Positions 39,814 to 49,189 of a stretch of 64,000 nt of DNA are shown here, one piece after another; the first letter of the stretch is position 1; the number at the start of each line of letters is the position of its first letter. Source of the stretch: an uncultured Thermococci archaeon (GTDB taxonomy: Archaea > CAYQAE01 > CAYVLA01); assembly GCA_964549615.1 (NCBI GenBank), contig CAZJVP010000020.1, positions 1 to 64,000 of the forward strand. The letters are read 5' to 3'. A model generated the notes under the pieces. It ran no database searches. It was given only the letters and a program-made list of their open reading frames with translations, and was not told the origin of the DNA. The translations under genes and the position numbers were made by a program.

Positions 39814-41679
39814 TTAACCCCTGAAGCTCGGCCTACTGGACAGGTTGCGTGAAAGGCCCAGAGGCCTTTTCGGGTACCCTTTGGTCGCCTCCAAGATGTG
39901 GGAGCCAAGCTCTGAGGTCGTCATCTGCTTGATCTCCCTGGGCCGCCTGAGCCTCACCGAAAGGTTCCCGGATTCGTTTTCCTTCTGGCCGAAGACCACC
40001 ACATACGGGATCCATTCCGTCTCAGCGTCCCTCACTTTCCTGCTTACGGAGTGCGGCCTGTCATCGATGTCCACCCTGACGCCTCGGGACTCAAGCTCGT
40101 CGGCAATCTTGCCCGCCTGCGGAAGAAGTTCATCGCTGACCGGACATATCCTGACCTGCACCGGGGAAAGCCACAGTGGAAAGCACGGCGCGATTCCTTT
40201 CTGTTGATCCAGGTACGCCTTCTCCAGGAGCGCGTAGAGGTTCCTGTCGATGCCGCCGCTTATGCTCGCATGCAACATCACAGGATGCTTCCTCCGCCCT
40301 TCCTTGTCCACGTAGGTGATGTCGAACCTCTCGGGGTTCTCTATGTCGATCTGCACGGTGGAAAGCGCCGAGGCCTTTCCCAACGCGTCGACAAAGTTGA
40401 ACTCAAACTTCATGACGAAGTAGAAGCTCCTTTCGTCCCACATCTCCACGAGGACCGGCTTTCCGACCCTCTTCACCAGCTTGACGGCGAAGTCCCTGTT
40501 CTGCTCGTAGAAGTCCCTGACGAAGCGGACCCCGACCTCGTAGTCGACATCCAAGCACCTCATCCAATCCATGCACAGGTCGTACTGCTTGGCGAACTCC
40601 TCGATTGCCCCGTTCATGTCCGCCGCCAGGGTGTGCATGTCGGGCATCGTGAAGGCCCGAAGCCTGCGCAGCCCGACGACCTCTCCGCTTTGCTCACGCC
40701 GGAAACTGAAGTGGGTGAGCTCGTACAGACGGAGAGGAAGATTCCTGTAGGAGATCGACATGTCATGCTTCATCAGATACTGCCCGAAGCATGCGGAGAA
40801 CCTCAGAAAGAACTCCCTCTCCTCGGACCTTAGCGTGTACTGCCGCGCCGGGAACCTGTCAAGGTACTTGGAGAGGCTCGGGTGGGAGATGTCGTACATG
40901 ATGGGCGTCTCCACCTCCATTGCGCCCGCCGATCGAACCATATCGGTAACGTGTTCCTCCAAGAGGCGCTTCATCAAAGTGCCCTTCGGATACCAGCGCA
41001 GGTTCCCCGTGTCGCTGCCTGGCTCGTAGTCGACGAGCTCCAACTTCTGCATAAGCTTGACGTGGGGCGGCACCTGGTCGACGGCCCGGGATTTGTACAT
41101 CTCATGATGCGCGAACTTCTGCAGGTTGGGGTAGGGGGTGAAGTCGAACTGCGAGACCTCGACGAGGTCTCCATCGGGGGTCAGGATGTACCAATGCGAA
41201 CGAATCTTCTGTTCCTTCTCAACCGCGAGCGGAACAGCTTGTGCCGCCGGGCCCTTGCCAGCGGCCCTGATCTCGCGGCTGAGCTCCGAGAGCGGATGCC
41301 CCTTGCACTTGAGCTCAAAGGCCTTATAGAAGCCAAAGGGTGCCCTCTTGACCTGCAGCTCCTTGGGAAGCCTCGACTCCAGATCCCTGAGGATCTTGAC
41401 TGCAGAATGCGGGGACGCCAGCTGGGAGGAGAGGTGGGCATAGGGGTACAACAGCACGCGCTCAGGGTTGACCTGTTTCGCGACCGCGCAGATCTCCGAA
41501 GCCGCCCTCTCCACGATCTCCTCGGCCGCCTGTTCGTCGGAGGATTCGACCGCAGTGAAGACGACGAGGACCTCCTTCATCTCGTCGCCGGTAAAGCCTG
41601 CTGGCACGGGCTCGGCGACCTTGGTCTTGCTCTTGATCTCGTACTTCATCGAGTCCGCATGGATGAAGAGGACTCTCAC
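39814..41679 (-). CDS. thrS: Threonyl-tRNA synthetase (archaeal type, N-terminal editing domain)
   Basis: MRVLFIH, YPYAHLS, PFG.YK.F...CKGHPLSELSR, RF.ACFG, RAFTMPD.H. Confidence 0.97.
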   Translation of the reverse strand: MRVLFIHADSMKYEIKSKTKVAEPVPAGFTGDEMKEVLVVFTAVESSDEQAAEEIVERAASEICAVAKQVNPERVLLYPYAHLSSQLASPHSAVKILRDLESRLPKELQVKRAPFGFYKAFELKCKGHPLSELSREIRAAGKGPAAQAVPLAVEKEQKIRSHWYILTPDGDLVEVSQFDFTPYPNLQKFAHHEMYKSRAVDQVPPHVKLMQKLELVDYEPGSDTGNLRWYPKGTLMKRLLEEHVTDMVRSAGAMEVETPIMYDISHPSLSKYLDRFPARQYTLRSEEREFFLRFSACFGQYLMKHDMSISYRNLPLRLYELTHFSFRREQSGEVVGLRRLRAFTMPDMHTLAADMNGAIEEFAKQYDLCMDWMRCLDVDYEVGVRFVRDFYEQNRDFAVKLVKRVGKPVLVEMWDERSFYFVMKFEFNFVDALGKASALSTVQIDIENPERFDITYVDKEGRRKHPVMLHASISGGIDRNLYALLEKAYLDQQKGIAPCFPLWLSPVQVRICPVSDELLPQAGKIADELESRGVRVDIDDRPHSVSRKVRDAETEWIPYVVVFGQKENESGNLSVRLRRPREIKQMTTSELGSHILEATKGYPKRPLGLSRNLSSRPSFRG

Positions 41680-41729
41680 GCAAAACCCGGCTGCCCGGTT
41701 AACAACACCTCTATTAAATGATCCCCAGG

Positions 41730-44700
41730 CTATAGGAACTCGGCCAAGGTCATCTGGGGGACCTCGCGTTGACGGACCGGTTGAAAGTTGGACCTGATAA
41801 TCGCGATCTGCACCTCCATCGCATCGGTGCTGACGGACTGAGGCACGCAGTCCAAGAGCTCAAGAAGGGATGCAACATCAACTTCCACCGAGGATGGGAC
41901 GACTTGGCCCGAACACTCGCAGAGCCCGCTTAGGGGTATCCTGCGATACGAGGCGCCGCACTTGCCGCAGACGAACCCCCGCTTGCCGCCCTGCAAAGCG
42001 GCCCTCTCCGCAAGTTCAACGACCTCGGCGAGGACCCCCTGGCAGCAATCTTCCTCCAGTTCCTCGCCGCAATCAGGGCAGCGGAAGTCGGACAGATCCA
42101 TGACAGTGAAGGAGCCGCCGCACCTCGTGCACAGCAGTTCCCTCAAGTCGTGGCCGAGGACCGGACCATGTTCCTTGACCCTGACGCGGGCCCGCCTCGT
42201 GGCCTCCGGGGCACGGCCGCCCTTGCCATCGTAACTGTCCAAGAGGGTTCGCTGCTGGCTATCCGCCACCAACTCGTCTATCCGCAGGCCCAAGGCCTCG
42301 AATATGCGCCGAACGGGAGGAAGGATCTGCCTATGGATGTAGTAGTCGTGATCGATCCTCAACCCCTTTACTTTGACGAAGCTTGGATCTTCGGCCCTCT
42401 CGACCAGAAGCCCCTTGCCCTGCGTTATCACGAATGGGACCCTGTCCCCGATCTGCGGAGCGGCCCCGGGATCCCTCTTCTTGATCTTGTTGTACAGCTC
42501 AAGATGCGGCTGCCTACCCTTGTACTCCTGCGGCCGCTTGCTCAACGTCCTAGTCTGAACGAGCTTCTCGAGCGGCGTGACGTTGTCCCTGAGGTCGTGG
42601 ATCTGTTTCTTCATGTACTCGCAGGCGGCTTCCACATCGCCCTTCCTCAGCAGAAGGTCCAAGATGGTTTTCATCGTCTCGGTCGCCAGGTCGCACCACT
42701 CGCGTCTCACGGTCTCCAGACCCTTGACTTTGACGACCGGCTGCTTTCCCTCCATGTAGAGCGCGTACCTCTTCTTCGTGACGAAGAGGGCGCGCCTCGC
42801 GAAAGCCTCGTACTGGAGCTCCATCGGTGGTGGGAGGAGCCTCGTCAGAACGTCGCCGAGCCTGAGGCCCAGGGCGGCCGCATCCGCGGGGTCGATCTCC
42901 CTTGGGGCCTCCCCGGCCGGCTGAAGCTTGACGAACACGCTGTCCGTATCTCCATACACCACCTCGAGCGAAACGATGCAAGACCCTGGGGGGCTCCTCT
43001 CGATCTCGCTCCCGACAAAGGCCCTGCCGTCCTTCAGAGCGGCCCTGCCTATCTCCTTCTCAATTATCTCCTTCGTCCTCGAGATGTTATCCCGTCCGGT
43101 GCGCGTCACGGCGTTGGCGACGGTCAGCTCGTACATCCTCGACCTCGAGTATCCGAAGTAGCCATAGAAGCTGTTCAGGAGTATCTTGACCGCCCACTGG
43201 GTCATGTCGAGGATCCTGAATTCCTCCTCCCTAGCGTTTTTGGCCTTCTCCCTGAGAAGCAGCCTCTTTTCCAGAAGCCCCTCGAGTATCCGCGGAACGA
43301 TGCCCTTGTACGTCTCCGCAGGGACGAACCTCTCCCCAACGAGGGTCGAAAAGCAGATGTTGTTGGCTATCATTATGGTTGGGTACAGGGACTTGTAGTC
43401 CATTATGAGGATGTTCTCCTGAAGCCCGGCCTTGGGCTCCAGCACGTAGCCACCTTTGAGCCCCGCCTTGTCCCGTAGCTCCCTCCGCCGGGCCGTTTCC
43501 TCCGCATCCGGCTTACAGGGCATCACCCGCTCGTAACGCCGGAGCTCCCTTAGCAGGAGGGTGTCCACCATTATGGACTGCCCCCCCTCTATCAGGTCCT
43601 GCAGCGATGTCCCGCTGGCCTGGGCCAGCGCGATGTATCGGTCAAGGAGCCTCTTCGTCAGGAGGAGCTCTAGGGTAAGCTGGGCGTCCCTTCTTGAGTA
43701 CTCAACCAGCCTCTCCAGTCCGTTCTCTCGGCTCTTCCACAGGCCGGGGATCTCGGTGTGCGATACGTCGAGCTTGTCCTTTCCCAGGATCTCCCGCGCA
43801 ACTGCGCCCAAGCTGTAGCTCTTTAGCGGGAAGTCTTTCTTGACCAAGGGCAGAACGTCCACCACCACCCTTCCCGGAACCGTGATTCTCGTCTTGCTGC
43901 CGAACCGACGGTAGTAACAGTTCTTGTCTGCCCTTCCCAGCTTGGGCTTTATTCCGATCATCGACATCCTGTCGATGAGATAGGGGAGGTCGAACTCGTC
44001 GCTGTTGTACCCAAGCACGATGTCGGGGTCGTAGCGCCGGAGCACCTCGACGAATCTCCCCAACATCTCCTCCTCGCTGCCCAGGCCCTGAACTCCCTCG
44101 GCGCTGGCTGGCCGGCTCACCAGGACTAGGTCGGTCCTGCCTTCAAACGGCTCGCTGAAGGCCATGCTTATCATGATTATTGGATCCGACTCCGCTCGCG
44201 GAAGGCCGTTGCCGGACTCAGCTAGACACTCGATGTCGACGCACAGGTACCGCATCTCGGGGTGTTCGTCAAGCTGTATCGGCTCCACGTGCTTTGCCAG
44301 CGTCTCCACCTTAAGCTCGGTGAAGACCGTGTTGGTCTGGGTTGTCCGGTAGTTCAGGACACGGAACCAGCTGTTGCCGCTGAGGCCCTTGTCGATCATA
44401 AACCTGTTTTTGAAAAGGATGTCCGCCTCGAAGACTGCCCCGTAGCGGCGCAGGTCGTCCCTTATGTCCCGCACGTGCTTTGGATCCTTCGTTACGATCA
44501 AGAGCATCTTCTTCTTATGCTCTTGATAGCCGAAAGGCAGGAACCTCTCGACGACCTCGACATCGACGATCTGGGAGAACTTCTGCTTAAGGCCCTCGGC
44601 GAGGACCCTGATCCCGTCGTCGGATTGCTCCTCGGGATAGAGGTATAGGTAAGGCTTGAACCCCCGAACGAAACAGGTGACGGTTCTTCCTTGAGCATCC

Positions 44701-44792
44701 TTGCAGAACAGCCTGATGACCGGATCCCCGTTGCTCTCATACGAGTAGTCAGCTGCCAAGAGATAGAGGGATAGGGGATCAGGCATGGCCAT
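41730..44792 (-). CDS. polB: Family B DNA polymerase (PolB3-like) with Cys-rich C-terminal extension
   Basis: Exo motifs DIE, YN...FD.PYL, Y...D; pol motifs DYKSLYP, K...NSFYG, YGDTDS, KKRY; C-terminal CxxC/CxxC and CxxC/CxC; PIP-like QMTLAEFL. Confidence 0.96.
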   Translation of the reverse strand: MAMPDPLSLYLLAADYSYESNGDPVIRLFCKDAQGRTVTCFVRGFKPYLYLYPEEQSDDGIRVLAEGLKQKFSQIVDVEVVERFLPFGYQEHKKKMLLIVTKDPKHVRDIRDDLRRYGAVFEADILFKNRFMIDKGLSGNSWFRVLNYRTTQTNTVFTELKVETLAKHVEPIQLDEHPEMRYLCVDIECLAESGNGLPRAESDPIIMISMAFSEPFEGRTDLVLVSRPASAEGVQGLGSEEEMLGRFVEVLRRYDPDIVLGYNSDEFDLPYLIDRMSMIGIKPKLGRADKNCYYRRFGSKTRITVPGRVVVDVLPLVKKDFPLKSYSLGAVAREILGKDKLDVSHTEIPGLWKSRENGLERLVEYSRRDAQLTLELLLTKRLLDRYIALAQASGTSLQDLIEGGQSIMVDTLLLRELRRYERVMPCKPDAEETARRRELRDKAGLKGGYVLEPKAGLQENILIMDYKSLYPTIMIANNICFSTLVGERFVPAETYKGIVPRILEGLLEKRLLLREKAKNAREEEFRILDMTQWAVKILLNSFYGYFGYSRSRMYELTVANAVTRTGRDNISRTKEIIEKEIGRAALKDGRAFVGSEIERSPPGSCIVSLEVVYGDTDSVFVKLQPAGEAPREIDPADAAALGLRLGDVLTRLLPPPMELQYEAFARRALFVTKKRYALYMEGKQPVVKVKGLETVRREWCDLATETMKTILDLLLRKGDVEAACEYMKKQIHDLRDNVTPLEKLVQTRTLSKRPQEYKGRQPHLELYNKIKKRDPGAAPQIGDRVPFVITQGKGLLVERAEDPSFVKVKGLRIDHDYYIHRQILPPVRRIFEALGLRIDELVADSQQRTLLDSYDGKGGRAPEATRRARVRVKEHGPVLGHDLRELLCTRCGGSFTVMDLSDFRCPDCGEELEEDCCQGVLAEVVELAERAALQGGKRGFVCGKCGASYRRIPLSGLCECSGQVVPSSVEVDVASLLELLDCVPQSVSTDAMEVQIAIIRSNFQPVRQREVPQMTLAEFL

Positions 44793-44857
44793 GCCAGCGC
44801 GCCGCAGGTTCTAATAAATCATTTCCCGCGACGATGAACGTCAGGACCAGCACATGC

Positions 44858-45391
44858 CTACTGCGGTGCCTGTTCCCTCTCCTCCCCGGACGGCGTGGGA
44901 GCCTCCTCGACCTTCTCCTCAGCCACGCTCTCGGCTGGGGCTTCGGCTCCCTGCGACTCCTCGCCTTTCTTGCGCCTTCCAACGAAGAAGAGCACTGCCG
45001 CAGCCGCAAGCATGATTATCCCGACGGGCAGCATCCACCGCAGGATGAAGATATCGACGTCGCTCGTGGGCTCCTCCCCGTACTTCTTCTGGGTCGCGTA
45101 CCAGTTTTCCATGATTACTCCAACGAAAAGCATGATCACGCCCAGGACCACTAGGGCCCGGACGAAAGCGAAAGAGCCCTCCGTTGCCTCGGTCACGATC
45201 TCGATCTTCGGCAGCCCAGCGATGGCTTGTTTGACGTGCTCCTTGGTGACCAGGGTCGCGCCTGCATTGGACGCGGCCTTCTCGGAGTCCTTCCTGATTC
45301 GTTCAATGGCAGAGTCTATCTCCGCGGCCTTCCCAGGCAGTTTCGCGCGCCTTGACTCCAGAAACTCCTGGGCTTCTTTGCTCCATTCCAT
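44858..45391 (-). CDS. Small membrane protein: PCP_red-like N-terminal domain, 2 TM, acidic tail
   Basis: MEWSKEA...L...E.AA...G...VT.EHV..A pattern, two hydrophobic helices, Glu-rich C-terminus. Confidence 0.65.
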   Translation of the reverse strand: MEWSKEAQEFLESRRAKLPGKAAEIDSAIERIRKDSEKAASNAGATLVTKEHVKQAIAGLPKIEIVTEATEGSFAFVRALVVLGVIMLFVGVIMENWYATQKKYGEEPTSDVDIFILRWMLPVGIIMLAAAAVLFFVGRRKKGEESQGAEAPAESVAEEKVEEAPTPSGEEREQAPQ

Positions 45392-45478
45392 AGCGATTCC
45401 CTGCCCGCCTCGACATCTTTGCTTGACAGAGCAGACTCGATATCGATATAAATCTGTTGCGAGGGAATTCCCCGGAAT

Positions 45479-46243
45479 TCAGCTTCCGAGGCCCGCCTGG
45501 CCGGAAGCGTGAGCGCAATCCGGTTGTTGGACGATGCGCTGATCGTTGGCGTAGATGTTCATCCTTTCCTCCCTTGCAAAGCCTATCAAAGTCACGCCGA
45601 CCCTCCTAGCGAGCTTCACCGCCAACGCCGTGGTCGCCCCTCGCGAGGCAAGGATTGGGATGCCGGCTCCATAGCACTTCGCAACGATCGTCGAGTTCGT
45701 CCTCCCCGTCAACGCGGCCATGCATCTGCCAAGGTCGAATCCCTCAAGCAGGGCAGCCCCCACGGCCTTATCGAAGGCGTTATGTCGACCGATATCGTCA
45801 CACAAACTGGCCATCACGGGCAGACCCCCTTCGTCCGGAAGCTGGAACAATCCGCAGGTGTGAACGCCACCCGTCAGGCGATGGGTGCAGGAGGAACCCA
45901 CATGGTCCAGCGCGGCCAGTACCTGGCTCGGACTTGCCTTGACCTTTGATTCCAGCGCCTTGAAGCCCTTGATGGCGAGCATCCCGTGCCCGTCTAGCGA
46001 GCGCGCCCCGAACCGAGTCGTACTTGCGGCGATCTTTGGCCGGGCTGTTCGAATCTCCACCCTTGCCCAACCGCTCCCGCGGGCGAAGGTTTTGATGTCC
46101 CCGGGGACCTCTATCAACCCTTCGCAGATCAGGTGGCCCACGACCAGTTCTTTCACCCGGCCCGGTGACATCCTGACATCGATTGCGTGCTTGCCGTTGA
46201 CATGTATTGCCAAGGATACTTCTAAGGGCACCGGATCGCGCAA
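45479..46243 (-). CDS. fdhD: FdhD/NarQ-family sulfurtransferase-like protein
   Basis: E..L.I.VNG, L.VG.L..EG, TGGVH, DIGRHNA.DK.VG, TGR, L.GF.R. Confidence 0.88.
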   Translation of the reverse strand: MRDPVPLEVSLAIHVNGKHAIDVRMSPGRVKELVVGHLICEGLIEVPGDIKTFARGSGWARVEIRTARPKIAASTTRFGARSLDGHGMLAIKGFKALESKVKASPSQVLAALDHVGSSCTHRLTGGVHTCGLFQLPDEGGLPVMASLCDDIGRHNAFDKAVGAALLEGFDLGRCMAALTGRTNSTIVAKCYGAGIPILASRGATTALAVKLARRVGVTLIGFAREERMNIYANDQRIVQQPDCAHASGQAGLGS

Positions 46244-46501
46244 TCGCAGCGTCCGCCCTTCAGCGACTTGCGCACAGCTAAGGTATGAGAAGGCACGCGG
46301 TTGGTTCTTGGCCGCTGCTCGCGATCTCCTCTGCCCACGACCGCCACGTTCACCCGGGCCTATGCGAACACCCCGCCTCCGCTCACTTCACCTCGGTGTG
46401 GGCCTTCTTTATGGTATCCCGGTTCGGCTCAAAATCAACCCACTTTCAGCGAGGGAACGTGCTGACGACCTATCCACATCCATGCAACCTTCCATGGCCA
46501 A

Positions 46502-49189
46502 CTAGGCAGCGACCGAGCTGACGCGCGCGGCGTCTGGCACGCCCATCATCATCCTGTCGATCTCCGACACGAAAATGGCGGATAGATCCCTCATGTCCCT
46601 CACGAAGAACAGGCTCCCGCCCCCGATCTCCGCGAGCTGTCGAGCCAGCTCGGGATTATAGGACCGTCCAACCTGGGAGGGCTCATCCTGCTTGCCAATG
46701 CACACCACGGAGATGCCTATCCCTTGCCTTGCCGCCAGCCTAGCACACCTGCGGGCATACTCGGCTGCGAACTGTTTCGGCTTGGGATGCGTGGCATCCC
46801 CGTCCGTCAAAAGTATCATCTGTTTCCTGCGGTGCTCGCCTCGCTTCCCCTTGGCGCCATTACCCCCTTCCGGCTGGGCCTTTAGAAGGTCGATCCCCCT
46901 TCGTATCCCGGCCGCAATGTTCGTGCCGCCCCTGGGGAGGAGATTGGCGACCTTCGCAATCGTCACGTTCCTTCCCGAGCCGAACTCTGCAACCTCGGTG
47001 GACAGGTCCCTGAAACCGACCACCCCTACCCTGTTTCCGTACCTCTCGGCGATTATCGTCATGACCACAACTGCCTGTTTCGCGTACCAGAGTTTGTCCC
47101 CGTAGGCCATGCTGCCAGAAAGGTCGAGCACAACCACCACATCAAGGTTCCCTTCGATGACGAGATCCCTCCTTTCCGGCTCCCGCTCGTAGACGTAGAG
47201 GTTTTCCCGCCCGACGTTCTTCCTGCCCATCCTGATGGCATCGCGAATGGTCTCCCGAACGGCCATGTCCTTGTAGGAGTCGCCCCTTTGGTATTTTCTG
47301 ACATCCTTGACGTCGGAGCTGGGCAGCGGAGGCAGATCCTCGTGAACTACCCCCTGAAGCGCGTCATAAACCCGCCTCAGGATTCTCTCATCGAGATCCG
47401 ACATCAGAAAACGGGAAACCCTGTGGGTGAACGTGATCCCCTTCGAGCTCTTGATGAGGCCCTCCCTCACCAGGTGTTTCTTAAGCTCCTCCATCGGGCG
47501 GTTCCGGGAAACGCGACTGCCTGCGGGCAATTTCCCCAGGACGGCATAAAGCCTCGGGTACCGCTGAGGATTCCTGCTAACCTGCTCCGCTATATCGGAG
47601 AGCGACGCCTGTTCCTTGGCCTTCTCGGCGTAGAGCTCGTCCCTGGCTGCTGAGATCTCTTTCACCGCCTCGCCGAGGGCGTTCCCCTCCAGTTCCCTCG
47701 AAAGTGGGGTGACCTCCTCCGCTATGTTGCGGTAAAGCCGGGTGAGGGGCTCCCAGGAAATGCCCAACCGCCCTCTGATCTTGGCCATCAGGCGAGAGTC
47801 CCTGACGGATCTCCCAAGGTCCAGATAGTCGAACAGGAATGTCGAAAGGAAGACGATGGCGATCATCGACAGCACAAGTAGCATCGGCGGAATGCCCCTG
47901 AACGGGGATGGCATCTTGCCTGCGCCGGGCAACTGCCCTTTCGATTCGCCTTCACCAAGTAGGTAAGAGGTGTAGTTCGCAAGCGCCCAAGTTTGATTCC
48001 CGCTCGTGACGTACAGGATGTCTTCGTTAGGATCGTAAATCTTGGTGGTGGTCTCCTCCTCCAGGTCGGCCCCGATCTGCTGGCTTAACTCCTCCCAAAG
48101 CTCTTCAGGCACGGACTGGACTTCAGTGGCCTGTTCGCTGACATTTCCGAAATAGGGACTGATCGCCCCATCCAGAGCCGTTCCACCAGTCGGCGTCTGG
48201 ACCGGCGGGATCTGCCCTCGGGGCGGGGCCGCCAAGAATACGCCGAAGATCACGAGGATGACCAAGCCGGCGGCGGCCGGGATGTACCAATATCTTCTCA
48301 GCCGTCGGGCTTTCCGGGATCCTTCAGCTGGCGGCGAGCGCGCCGATAGCACCGCATCCTCGAATATGCTCTTGGCAAGCTCTCTGTTGGTCTTCCAAGA
48401 GAACGGGTTCACCTTTATCGAGTGTGCGAACGAGGCATAGCATGAGTTGTAGAGATCGTCCTCGTCAGGCTCCCTTCCTGCCAGAGCCATGCAGGCACAA
48501 ACGTTCTCGACAAACCTTATCCCTGACCTCGTGCTAGCGCCTGACTCCAAGTCAGGGTGGCTTCTGCTTCTGCTCAGGAACTTGGATGCAAGCCTCGGCA
48601 CGTAGTCCGGCAGCACGGTGTGACAGTTAGACTGGCTCGCAATGAACTTCTCCTCCTCCGACTCATTCTCCGGAAAGGAGATCGCAACGACCTGGAACCG
48701 ATCCAGCAACCTCTCGTCCACGACGCACTTGGTCGCGGTGGCAACCATTACCACGTCGACCTTTACCTCGCGTTGCCCCACGGAGACGATCCCATCGTCG
48801 AAGAAGTCGGCCAGAGCCTGGGCCACCTTCTCCGGCAGGGTGTCCAAGTCCTTTAGCAGGAGGCCTCCGCCGTCCGCCTTCTCGATGGCTCCTGCCACAT
48901 ACGATCTTGCGTCCCTGTAGCCGAACTTCCTGAGAGCCACAGGGTCCACGTCGCCGAACAGATCCTCCCTGCGCAGGCTGGCCGAGCAGGTCACCGTCTG
49001 GAACTCCAAGCCCATCGCGCGCAGGATGCTCGAGGCCACGGCCTCCTTCGGAGTCCCGGCCGGCCCGATGATGAGCAACGGCCGGCCCGTCAAGACTGCT
49101 CCGATGAGGTCGGCCTTCTCGCGCTCAGAAAGCAAGCTGCCCGAGAGATGCTCCTTGAGTCTTGCGACAATCTCCTCGCGCTCGCTCAT
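46502..49189 (-). CDS. Degenerate AAA+ / 2 TM / vWA fusion protein (ChlD-like layout)
   Basis: GPAGTPKE, LFGDVDP, LLDRF, GAS.R lid; two TM helices; R.Y..GD, LDLSGSM, GGTN, LTDG. Confidence 0.85.
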   Translation of the reverse strand: MSEREEIVARLKEHLSGSLLSEREKADLIGAVLTGRPLLIIGPAGTPKEAVASSILRAMGLEFQTVTCSASLRREDLFGDVDPVALRKFGYRDARSYVAGAIEKADGGGLLLKDLDTLPEKVAQALADFFDDGIVSVGQREVKVDVVMVATATKCVVDERLLDRFQVVAISFPENESEEEKFIASQSNCHTVLPDYVPRLASKFLSRSRSHPDLESGASTRSGIRFVENVCACMALAGREPDEDDLYNSCYASFAHSIKVNPFSWKTNRELAKSIFEDAVLSARSPPAEGSRKARRLRRYWYIPAAAGLVILVIFGVFLAAPPRGQIPPVQTPTGGTALDGAISPYFGNVSEQATEVQSVPEELWEELSQQIGADLEEETTTKIYDPNEDILYVTSGNQTWALANYTSYLLGEGESKGQLPGAGKMPSPFRGIPPMLLVLSMIAIVFLSTFLFDYLDLGRSVRDSRLMAKIRGRLGISWEPLTRLYRNIAEEVTPLSRELEGNALGEAVKEISAARDELYAEKAKEQASLSDIAEQVSRNPQRYPRLYAVLGKLPAGSRVSRNRPMEELKKHLVREGLIKSSKGITFTHRVSRFLMSDLDERILRRVYDALQGVVHEDLPPLPSSDVKDVRKYQRGDSYKDMAVRETIRDAIRMGRKNVGRENLYVYEREPERRDLVIEGNLDVVVVLDLSGSMAYGDKLWYAKQAVVVMTIIAERYGNRVGVVGFRDLSTEVAEFGSGRNVTIAKVANLLPRGGTNIAAGIRRGIDLLKAQPEGGNGAKGKRGEHRRKQMILLTDGDATHPKPKQFAAEYARRCARLAARQGIGISVVCIGKQDEPSQVGRSYNPELARQLAEIGGGSLFFVRDMRDLSAIFVSEIDRMMMGVPDAARVSSVAA

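Noticed and set aside
42150-43478. 442-aa plus-strand ORF
   Set aside because: Antisense shadow of polB, as expected in GC-rich codon-biased DNA; no recognisable motifs.
41730-44792. Intein explaining the long PolB
   Set aside because: No intein splice-junction or LAGLIDADG motifs are visible; the extra length is the C-terminal Cys domain and a short insert before YGDTDS.
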